From an uncultured Gemmataceae bacterium (GTDB taxonomy: Bacteria > Planctomycetota > Planctomycetia > Gemmatales > Gemmataceae): 64,000 bases of DNA. The stretch covers positions 2,624,001-2,688,000 of the forward strand of contig CAVVPN010000003.1 of assembly GCA_963750165.1 (NCBI GenBank), in the 5' to 3' direction. Below are positions 45,108 through 54,902 of this stretch, piece by piece (the first letter of the stretch is position 1; the number at the start of each line of letters is the position of its first letter). The translations under genes were made by a program, and so were the position numbers. Below the pieces are notes generated by a model that had not been told where the DNA came from, made no database searches, and worked only from the letters and a program-made list of their open reading frames with translations.

Positions 45108-45340
45108 TCTCTACAGGTCCCATCCCCGCCCCCGTCGCCTGTTACTTCATGCCCGGCGTCGGCTGGTACGCCCGTTCAGGGGAGTGCCACCCGACTGATT
45201 GTTGGAAAAAAATGTCCGAAAATACTTTTTCCGGCCCCGCCGGCTACTTCCGCATACCAGACTGAAGAGGGACGGATTTGGTCCACTCCCCGTAGCCGCC
45301 GCCCCCCACCCGCGCTTTCCTTTTCCCAACGGAGCAGCTT

Positions 45341-48300
45341 ATGTGGCCCGCGTTCCGCAGTCCGTCCTGTCGCCCACCGATTGCCCGCCCCCGCGGCGCC
45401 CGCGCCGCGGGCGCACCTCGCTCCACCTGGAGATGCTTGAGGACCGTACCGTCCCGACGAACCTGGTCTACTGGCACGGCGGCTCCATCCTGCAAAACGT
45501 CATCGCCGTCCCGACCTTCTGGGGCACCAGCTTCGCGTCGCAGTACAAGAGCCTGGAGACCCAGGAAACCAACTTCACGTCCTACCTCGTCAACAGTACC
45601 TACATGGACATGATGTCCGAGTACGGCACGCCGGCCACCTCGGCGATTGAGGAAACGGACCAGCCCGGCGGCGCTCCGGTCTTCACGTCCACCAACCACC
45701 CGGCCCACACCATCGGCCGCGGCTCCGTCGGCGACGTGGAGGTGGACACCGACCCCGGCGCGCCGACGACCGGCACCACCGTCACGGACGGCCAGATTCA
45801 GGACAACATCGCCGGCGACCTGTTCGCCAACACTCTGGACTCGCTGGGCGTGCCGGGCGTCTCCGCCCTCGACGAGAGCTTTTTCGACAACAACTACCAG
45901 TCGCTCTACCCCGACGTGCTGTTCGTCGTCTACCTGCCGCCGGGCGTCAACGTGCAGGACGCCAACGGCCAGACCCTCTACCAGTTCCAGAACGGCTCGG
46001 AGGAGCGCGGCTATCACGGCACGTTCGGCCTGGACCAGCAGGGCAACGTGGACCGCTTCAGCAACGGCAGTGACGCGCTCGGCTCCAACGACGTTTTCGT
46101 CCACTACGCGGTTGTGCCGTACCCCACCGGCGGCGTCAGCACGACCAACTTCGACCAGGTGACCATTACCGCCTCGCACGAGATCATGGAGGCGGTTACC
46201 GACCCGCTGCAGGAGACGGACAACAGCGGCAACATCACCCAGGCCGGCTTCATCATCGACAACCCGACGGCCTTCGACAGCCACCTCGGCAGCGGCGACA
46301 ACGAGGTCGGCGACCTGGTGGAGTTCCAGCCGCCCAACCTGTCGGTCTCGGAGCTGGGCGGCTACGCCGTGCAGAACATGTTCTCCAACGTGGTCTACAA
46401 CGCCAACCACGCCTCGCACGGCATCAAGGCGCCCGCCGGCTCCACGAGCTACGGCGGCTTCGCCCTGGCCGACGGCGACGACAACCCGCAGCACACGAGC
46501 GCACCCGTGCTCGGCAGCACCAGCACCTCGGTCACCACGCTGCCCAACGGCCACACGCTGACCATCTCCACGACGACGCTGGCCAACGGCACCGTCACCG
46601 GCACCTTCAGCGCCCAGCTGGACCCGTCGGGCCTCGGCACCACCGAGGCCGACGTCAAGCCGGTGGACGGCATCAACGTCTACAGCTTCAACGAGACCAT
46701 CACGCCGCAGGGCATGCTGACCGGCAACTTCACGATCACGGCCGAGGGCAAGGCACTGGGCTACACGGTGCCGGACGCGCCGTCGCTGGTGCCCAGCACT
46801 GCCCTGGCCCTGACCGCCGTGTCGCCCAACAACACCGCGACCAGCTGGACGTTCTCGGGGCAGCTGGCCAGCTTCACCGATGCCGCCGGCGCCAGCGACG
46901 CCGCCAGCATCAACTGGGGCGACGGCAGCCTCACGGCCGGCACCATCGTCGCCGACGCGAACGTGCCCGGCCAGTTCGACGTGAAGGGCACGCACACCTA
47001 CGCCGCCGGCTCGACCGGCACGAACCGCTCGGTGTACGTCATCATCCACAAGTCGGACGGCAGCCAGGTGGTCGCCGACGCGCAGATCATCAACGGCGTC
47101 GCGGACCTGGTGGCGACGGCGCTGCCGGCGGACGAGGTGCAAGGCTCGTCGGCGGTGGTCGCCCTGGACGTGTTCTCGGACCTGGGCGGCCTGCACTCGG
47201 CCAGCTGGTACACGGCGACGGTGAACTGGGGCGACGGCACGGTCACGTCCGGTTCGGTGGTCGCGTCGGGCAGCCAGTTCGTGGTGCTGGGCAACCACCC
47301 CTATCAGCAACCCGGGCACTACCACGTCACGGTCACCGTGCAGGACATCGACAGCAGCAAGGACACGTTCCCGAGCACCGTCACGGTGCGGGCCACCCAG
47401 CCGAGCGCCATCGGCGGCTTCGACCCGACGACGGCGACGTGGTACCTGCACAACGGCGTCGGCGGTGGCGCCGCGGACGCCGGCTCGTTCCAGTACGGCG
47501 CGCCCGGCTGGATTCCGGTGACCGGCGACTGGACGGGCAGCGGCCACGAGGGCATCGGCGTCTACAACCCGGCGACGGCGACGTGGTATCTGCGCAATTC
47601 GGTGACGCCGGGCCCCGCCGACGAGGTGATCCAGTTCGGGGCGCCGGGCTGGCTGCCGGTGGTCGGCGACTGGAGCGGCGGCGGTCACACCGGCATCGGC
47701 GTGGTCAACCCGAGCACCGACACGTGGTATCTGCGCAACGAAGACAGCCCCGGGGCCGCGGACGCGGGCACGTTCCAGTTCGGCGCCCCCGGCTGGCTGC
47801 CCGTGGCGGGCGACTGGAACGCGACGGGCCGGGCCGGCATTGGCGTCTACAACCCGAGCACGGCGACGTGGTATCTGCGCGGCGAGGCCAGCGGCGGGCC
47901 AATCGACGTTGGCACCGTGCAGTACGGTGCGCCGGGTTGGACGCCGATCGTCGGCGACTGGGGCGGCCACGGCCACACCGGCCTGGGCATCCTCAACCCG
48001 GCCGGCGGCGCCTGGTATCTGCGCAACGAGGTGACGGCTGGCCCACCGGACGCCGGGGTGTTCGGCTACGGTTCGCCGGGCTGGCTGCCGGTGGCGGGCG
48101 GGTGGATCGGTTCGGCCCGCAACGGCATTGGCGCCGTCAACCCGGCGACGGCGACGTGGTATCTGCGCAACCAGGCCAGCGCCGGCGGCGTCACGGTCGG
48201 CGCCTTCCAGTTCGGCTCGGCCGGCTGGATTCCGCTGGTGGGCGACTGGAACGGCACCGGCCACGACGGCATCGGCGAGTACGACCCGAGCACGGCGACG

Positions 48301-48822
48301 TGGTATCTGCGCAACGAGGACAACGGCGGCCCCGCCGACGCGGGCGTCTTCCAGTTCGGGGCGCCGGGCTGGATTCCGGTGGTCGGCGACTGGACGGGCG
48401 CGGGCCACACGGGCATCGGCGTCTTCGACCCGCGCACCGCCACGTGGTATCTGCGCGTCGAGGCCAGCGGCGGCCCCGCCGACGCGGGCGTCTTCCAGTA
48501 CGGGGCGGCCAACTGGATTCCGGTGACCGGCGACTGGACGGGGGCCGGCTACACGGGCATCGGCGTCTTCGACCCGGGCACGGCGACGTGGTATCTGCGC
48601 ACGCTGGCCAACCCGGGTCCGGCCAACGCGGTGTTCCAGTACGGGGCGCCGGGCTGGCTGCCGGTGGTCGGCGACTGGTCGGGCGACGGCTTCGACGGCA
48701 TCGGCGTGTACTACCCCGGCAGCGGGGCGTGGTATCTGCGCTCCACCCCGAGCGCGGGGCCGCAGACGATGGCGTTCGGTTACGGGTCGCCGGGCTGGAA
48801 GCCGGTTGTTGGGGAGTTTTAG
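45341..48822 (+). CDS. Large secreted protein: LEDRTVP export motif, HExxE (Phi-1/EXORDIUM-like) domain, PKD/Ig-like domains, about 10 beta-propeller-type repeats
   Basis: LHLEMLEDRTVP; SHEIMEAVTDP; INWGDG/VNWGDG; ~48-aa PVVGDWxGxG..GIGV..P.TATWYLRN repeats; start uncertain (ATG 45341 with frameshift, or GTG 45343). Confidence 0.85.
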
Positions 48823-48833
48823 GGAGAGGAAAC

Positions 48834-49282
48834 GGGGTCAGGTTTATTTACGGCTACAAGGCCGAACATGGATTGGGGCGCTCGCCGCGCCTCGGTTTTC
48901 CCAGTTTTGCGCTGGCCGGCGGCCGCGTACAGACGTGTGTGTCTTGCGCGGCCGCCGACCAGCGCAACCGCCCCCTTTTCGGATCGCAAGTGAGAAACGC
49001 CGGGGAAACGACAAGCCACCCGGACAGTCTTAAATTAGTGACGAGAAGTCTCCGCATGCTCCGCGCGTCTGCACGTCACCGCAGGCCGCGGCCAGCGCCG
49101 CGACGTGCGCCGGCGTCGTGCCGCAGCAGCCGCCGACCAGCACCGCCCCCGCCCGCACCACCTCCGGTAACCAGTCCGCCAGCTGCCCCGGTGTCACCGG
49201 ATACCCCCAGGCGAAAAGGGGCCAGGTCAGTTTTCACACGATTTTGAGAATCGTATGAAACATGACCTGACCCCCTTTTCGC
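48834..49282 (+). mobile_element. Copy B (most complete) of the GGGGTCA-bounded element
   Basis: Starts GGGGTCAGGTTTATTTACGG; internal hairpin; HMT fragment; terminal 72-bp hairpin 49211-49282 containing CCTGACCCC. Confidence 0.85.
49030..49208 (-). pseudogene. 3' fragment of a homocysteine S-methyltransferase gene (also at 54264-54442)
   Basis: Translates YPVTPGQLADWLPEVVRAGAVLVGGCCGTTPAHVAAL; GGCCGT.P.H is the HMT Zn-binding C-terminal motif. Confidence 0.85.
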
Positions 49283-49483
49283 TTCCGAGAACGATGCCGG
49301 TGGGCACCGCTCGGCTCTCGGGATGTCGAATGACGATTTTCAGAATCGTGTTATCGGTCTCTGCCCCTTTTATCCTCCCCTTTTATTCTCTCGCGCTTTT
49401 TCTTTGCTATCAGCGGGTTATGAGAAGCGTCCCCGTTTTCTCCCGGTGGCTTTTTTCTCTGGCGTCTCGCCGCAAGCGCGTTG

Positions 49484-52400
49484 TTATTCCGGGGGCTGAT
49501 TTTCTTCCTGGGCTGTCGGGAGCAGTTGCCCGAGAAGTTTCGCAATCTGCTCGGCCTCGGGTAAGCCGTGCTCCCGTGCAGTTTGCAGTGCCCAGAAGAG
49601 ATGGCCCAGCGCCGTTTCTATCTCCTCTGTACGGCCGCGCTGCAACAGCGTCAGGCCGATGTTGGTCCGGCAGACGATCAGTTCGCGCACGTCGCCGAGG
49701 CGCTCGTAGACGGGCAGTTGCTTCTCCTGGCGGATGGCCAGGGCCTCGTCCAGCCGGCCCCGCGCGAACAGGATGTCGGCGACCTTGCCGTGCGCGACCG
49801 CCAGGGAGCGCACGTCGCCGAGGCGCTCGTAGACGGGCAGTTCCTTCTCCTGACGGATGGCCAGGGCCTCGTCCAGCCGGCCCCACCGGAACAGGATGTC
49901 GGCGACCTTGCCGTGCGTGACCGCCAGGGAGCGCACGTCGCCGAGGCGCTCGTAGACGGGCAGTTCCTTCTCCTGGCGGATGGCCAGGGCCTCGTCCAGC
50001 CGGCCCCGCGCGAACAGGATGTCGGCGACCTGGCCGTGCGTGACCGCCAGTTCGCGCACGTCGCCGAGGCGCTCGTAGACGGGCAGTTGCTTCTCCTGGC
50101 GGATGGCCAGGGCCTCGTCCAGCCGGCCCCACCGGAACAGGATGTCGGCGATGTCGCCGTGCGTGACCGCCAGGGAGCGCACGTCGCCGAGGCGCTCGTA
50201 GACGGGCAGTTCCTTCTCCTGGCGGATGGCCAGGGCCTCGTCCAGCCGGCCCCGCGCGAACAGGATGTCGGCGACCTTGCCGTGCGTGACCGCCAGGGAG
50301 CGCACGTCGCCGAGGCGCTCGTAGACGGGCAGTTCCTTCTCCTGACGGATGGCCAGGGCCTCGTCCAGCCGGCCCCGCCGGAACAGGATGTCGGCCAGAC
50401 GGCCGTTGGCAACGGCTTCTTGATTCTCTTTGCGGAGTTTTGCGAATAGCCCGATGGCCTGGCGAATGTACTGTTCCGCCTTCGCCACGTCTCCCTTGCT
50501 AAACAGCAGTTCGCCAAGTTCGGCCAGGGCCTGCGCCCGTTCTTCGGTATCCTGTGTCCCCGCCACTTCCAGGGCGCGTTCCAGGAGTTGCTGTGCGTCC
50601 TCGGCATCCCCGACAATCTGACAGGACAGTGCGGAAAGACGAAGAAGGTGAAACGGCGGCACGGCGTGCGCCTGGTCAATGACTGCGATGGATTGCCTCC
50701 CCAGGGCGGCGGCGTCCCGGTAGGCGTGCCGGGCGCGCAACATGCCGACCACCTCGCCGGCATCGGCGGCCACGACCTCGGCGTCGCGGGCCAGGATGCC
50801 CATGCGCGTCAATTCTCTGTTCAGGGGCAACGGTCGGGCCTGCGCCCCCGCCGCCCCGCCCCACGCGGCAAACAGTGGCTTGCAAACCAGCGTCGCCAGT
50901 TGCGCTGCTTCCGCCTGGTTCATGATGACGAACCTTCCTGTTCCAGTTGAGGCCGCACCAGTGGATCGACCAGCGCGTGATCGTGGCCGCGGCGGAAATC
51001 GAGCGGGTTTTCAAACCGATTGAGCAGGCCCAGGTCGAACTGGCGTTGCACGGCCGCGACGGCCGCCGCGGCATCCGCATGGTGCCGCGGATGAAGAAGT
51101 GGCAGCACCGCTTGCGGCGCCGGGATTTCAAACAGCGTCGAGCGGCGCAGCAGTTCGCGCTCATCGGGTGTGAGCAACCCGAGCAGTTCGTGGATCGCGA
51201 CGATGTTGAGGAACTCGCGCAGGCGCGGTTCGCTGGTCTGTCCTCGCGTCCGGAATTCCTGGGCGGCCTCCCGGAAGCGCTGGAAGGCGTCCGCGCTTTC
51301 GGCCCGCAGGCGGGCCGCGCGGCTCATGAGGCTCGGACTGCCGAACGCATCGTCGATGGCGCCGGCAAGTTCCTGGAAGAGTTGCTGCTCACTATCGAGC
51401 GCCTCCTGGGGGCTGATACCCGGGTTGTGCTTGATCTGCTCCGCGACCCGTTGCCGGGCCAGTTGCAACGTCTGCCGCAGCATTTCGCCGGGGGCCATGT
51501 CCGGCAGCTGGTAGAACGCCAGGCGCCGGTCCGCGTCCTTGCCGTTCACGACGCAGGTGAAGCGATACCGGCACGTGATCAGCAGCAAGGAGTCGTGTTC
51601 CGTGGTCGCGAAGGCGGTCACCAGGGCGGCGACCCCCGCCTCCAGTTCCGGCCTGACGCGGTGCAGCTTGCCGGGCATCGATTCCAGGGCACGTTCAAAA
51701 TCGTCCACGACCAGGAGGATCGGGCGCTGCTCGGCGCGGCCGCCGTGCGTGTGCAGCTCGCGCAAGGGGCCGCGCAACAGCCGGGCCAGCACCAGGGTGA
51801 AGGCGTCAGCCGTCAACTCCCCGGAGCCGGCCTCGTCGAGGATGCGCTGGACCTCCACGGCGCCGGCGTGTCCCTCCAGCGCGGTGGACGAGCGGAGCGC
51901 CCGCAGGATGCCCGCCGGCGTGTAGTCGTTGAATACGACCACCAGGTCGTAGGATGGGAAGCGCGAGGCCAGGCGGCAGGCGAGACTGCTCTTGCCGTGT
52001 TGCCCGAGTCCGTGGATCACCGTGGGTTGGTGCGTGCGCAGACAACGCAGGACGTCCTGCAAGGGGCGGCGGCGGCCCACAAACTCATACCGCGACGCGA
52101 CGGGGATCTGCTTGTTGATCCTGTCGAGGAATTCCTGATCCGCGCGGCCGGCGTCGTGCCAGTGGCGGCGCCGGTCGCCGCCGGTGATCTTGCCGCCGCC
52201 CTGCGCCCAAAAAAGACGCGGGCCTTGTGCCATTCCGTTTTTACTTCCCTGTCTCCGTGGCGGCCCAGCGTTTTCCGGGCCTGGGCGACGGCGGCCTCCA
52301 GCGACTCCCGCATGGCCAGGCGCCGGTACAGTTCGGCGGCGAAACAGGTGGCGCCCACGTCGCTCACCTTGCCCGCCCAGCCGAGGACGGCCGGGAAGCC

Positions 52401-53210
52401 CTTCAGGGCCAGGGCGCCGGCGAGCGAACCGAGCAGCTGATCCGGCTGGGCAGTGGTGCACGCCGACAGGAACAGCAACCGCGGCCGAAACTCGCCGAAC
52501 TGCTCCGCGATCTCCCGCGCCCCGACCAGCTCCGGTTCGCCGAGTTCGGTCTCCAGCGCCAGCACGGGGCGGTCGGTCAGGTTGCCGTGGCACGATAGGT
52601 GGACGATGTCCACGCCGCCGTCGCCCTCGGTCTCCTCCTGAATGCGCCGGGCGAGCGCCTCGAGGTTGCCGGTGTCCTCGCACAGGAAATCGACCCCGGT
52701 CGCGTGAACAGCTTGCAGGATGGCCTGTTCTTCCGCGTCGTGGTCGAGCGGCATGGCGTTGCCGCGCGGGTCGGCGGCCATGAAGACCATGGCCGGGCGG
52801 TAGCGCGACGCGGCGGGCGGTTCCCGTCGGGGGAGCAGGCGGCGGACCACGGAAAACGACAGGAACTCTGCCTCCGCGAGGTAGCCGTCCTCGTCGCGGA
52901 GCAGTTCCCAGGATACGTCCAGGAACAGCCGGTTGCCGCCGGCTTCGAGGACGAACTCGAGCCATAGCGCGTCCGGCGTTTCGTCGCGGTAACGGCCGAG
53001 CAGCCGGTCGGCACCATCGAGCCATTGATAGAGTTCCCGGCCGATCTGAGAACGCCGGTCGGAAGTTGCCGTGCCGCCGGCGTAATCCTGGAGCCAGGTG
53101 GCGAACCGCCCGGCGTCGGCGGGGGTGGTAGGCCGCTGACCCAGGTCGCGCCCGTCGCGCGTGGCGCGGAGATGGGTCGCGGACAGTGAAATGCAAACGG
53201 GCGAGGCCAC
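49484..53210 (-). CDS. CHAT (caspase-like) protease - STAND/P-loop NTPase - TPR protein, split by apparent frameshifts near 52210 and 50925
   Basis: IVHLSCHG and LFLSACTT dyad; FVGRR, HGLGQHGKSSLA, LLVVDDFE, LITCR; six 40-aa TPR-like repeats. Confidence 0.87.
49681..50397 (-). repeat. Six near-identical 120-bp coding tandem repeats (TPR units)
   Basis: GRLDEALAIRQEKxLPVYERLGDVRxLAVxHGxxADILF repeated with 120-bp period. Confidence 0.95.
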
Positions 53211-53264
53211 GGGTCGCTCCCGATCTGAGAAGCAGGGGCCGGAGGTCGCACGCGGTGGGCACGG

Positions 53265-53711
53265 TTACTGCGCAGGGTTCGCCACCGCCGCCGTCTCCGG
53301 GATGACGGCCACGTCCTTCATGACCTTGCAGGTCAGGTCGTGGAGCTGCTCGGCGTCGCCTTCGTGGAGGAACAGCGCCTTGTCGCCGATGATCGCGCGG
53401 ATGGTGGTCGGCAACTTTTGCTGGGCCCAATGGATCAGACCCAGCCAGTGCAGAACAAGGGCCTCGCGCCGCTTCTCGTACCCTTCGCGGATCTTATCGT
53501 AGACGTGGAACAGCACCACGGCGACTTCCAGAACCACGAGGGTTGCGTGGAGCGGGTCGATCATCTTGTCCGCGCCCGTTCCGGCCAGATCGGTCGATGG
53601 AGCGGCAGTGCGGATGGTGGGTCTGATCTTGAACCGGGCTTCCATCAGGTCGGCGAACTGCTGTGCGACGATGGCGCTGTCCTTGCCCTGGACGCGGAAC
53701 TCGATAGACAT
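53265..53711 (-). CDS. Small hypothetical protein upstream of the CHAT-STAND-TPR gene (possible co-effector/substrate)
   Basis: AGGGGG RBS; 148 aa with central hydrophobic helix LHATLVVLEVAVVLFHVY; 54 bp from the CHAT gene. Confidence 0.72.
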   Translation of the reverse strand: MSIEFRVQGKDSAIVAQQFADLMEARFKIRPTIRTAAPSTDLAGTGADKMIDPLHATLVVLEVAVVLFHVYDKIREGYEKRREALVLHWLGLIHWAQQKLPTTIRAIIGDKALFLHEGDAEQLHDLTCKVMKDVAVIPETAAVANPAQ

Positions 53712-53838
53712 GGTGCCCCCCTTGGGCTTCTGGTTGGGATTGCTTTCAGGTTTATTTTCTCCCCAACCTCCATGATGTCAAGCCCCGGGTAGTCCCGGGC
53801 ACGGAAAAGGGTCCGATTAAAAGGAAGGGACAAAGAGG

Positions 53839-54028
53839 AACCGCACTGGCTACCTTTGGAGGTAGCTAACCCCAGTCGGGCAAGGGGTTAGGTCAACGAA
53901 GCCTTGGATTTTTCAGCCACATTCCGGGTGGGCAAACGAGGCGGGCCGGAGGTCGGCCGGCGGCTCAACCCAGGAAACCCAGGGAAAAATCAGGGATCGA
54001 GACCCCGCCAAAGATAGCCAGTGCGGTT
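53839..54028. mobile_element. 190-bp MITE with 11-bp TSD
   Basis: 21-bp TIR AACCGCACTGGCTA(C/T)CTTTGG (1 mismatch); GGACAAAGAGG at 53828-53838 and 54029-54039. Confidence 0.9.
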
Positions 54029-54104
54029 GGACAAAGAGGGCTCATCTCATTCTGGCAGCTGGCTCGTCGGAATGGGTTATTTCTTCGCTAAAACCCACAT
54101 ACCA

Positions 54105-54472
54105 GGGGTCAGGTTTATTTACGGCTACAAGGCCGAACATGGATTGGGGCGCTCGCCGCGCCTCGGTTTTCCCAGTTTTGCGCTGGCCGGCGGCCGCGTA
54201 ACCGCCCCCTTTTCGGATTGCAAGTGAGAAACGCCGGGGAAACGACAAGCCACCCGGACAGTCTTAAATTAGTGACGAGAAGTCTCCGCATGCTCCGCGC
54301 GTCTGAACGTCACCGCAGGCCGCGGCCAGCGCCGCGACGTGCGCCGGCGTCGTGCCGCAGCAGCCGCCGACCAGCACCGCCCCCGCCCGCACCACCTCCG
54401 GTAACCAGTCCGCCAGCTGCCCCGGTGTCACCGGATACCCCCTTTTCGCTTCTTCCTGACCCCCTTTTTCGC
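54105..54472 (+). mobile_element. Copy C of the GGGGTCA-bounded element (hairpins collapsed)
   Basis: Near-identical to 48834-49208 but lacking one arm of the internal hairpin; ends CCCCCTTTTCGC..CCTGACCCCCTTTTTCGC. Confidence 0.85.
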
Positions 54473-54521
54473 TTCTTCCTGGCTTCGTAAACCTCACCTT
54501 CTCACCTGCAAGGGCGCCGAA

Positions 54522-54680
54522 TCTCGACGTGTGAAAAAGTTGGCCCCCTTGGCCTCCTTGGCCCCCTTGCTGTGACGGGCGGCGCCGTTTGTTGTCGCGC
54601 CGTGCCACCCGTCCAGAGCCACGGCGCCAACTCTCGACGTGTGAAAAAGTTGGCCCCCTTGGCAGTCTTGGCTCCCTTGC
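54522..54680 (+). repeat. Two copies of the 49-bp head + triad repeat
   Basis: TCTCGACGTGTGAAAAAGTTGGCCCCCTTGGC...CTTGC at 54522 and 54632. Confidence 0.88.
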
Positions 54681-54902
54681 TCGGTCAGCCGACGCTGGCC
54701 GGCGACTCCCAGCGCCACTCCGACAGCGCCTGGAGACAGCGCCAGGCAATTCGGCCCAGCAAAAATCGTTGACGGTGTCATGGGCAGGCCGTAGACTCGA
54801 TGACGTTTAATGCACCATTGCGCCTGGCCCCATTGAAGTTGCGTGCGCTGGCTGTTTTCGTGCTGGGGATGCTTGGGAAGGTCGTCCAAGGAGTCTCGTC
54901 CC

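Noticed and set aside
45244..48408. 1054-aa antisense ORF and similar long Arg/Ala/Pro-rich ORFs (e.g. 35717-38293, 19585-21753, 17682-19652)
   Set aside because: Shadow ORFs of high-GC coding DNA overlapping well-supported genes; no recognisable motifs.
47400..48820. DNA-level repeats (GACGTGGTATCTGCGC) as a mobile or regulatory array
   Set aside because: Fully explained by the ~48-aa protein repeats of the secreted protein.
48834..49282. Tn3-family ends or a DGR template repeat
   Set aside because: No 38-bp Tn3-type TIR or 5-bp TSD; no reverse transcriptase in the window, and differences between copies are not adenine-specific.
54522..54680. Possible mini-CRISPR from paired 49-bp repeats (also 63232-63379)
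   Set aside because: Only two copies each, internally variable, dispersed singly elsewhere; no leader or cas genes.
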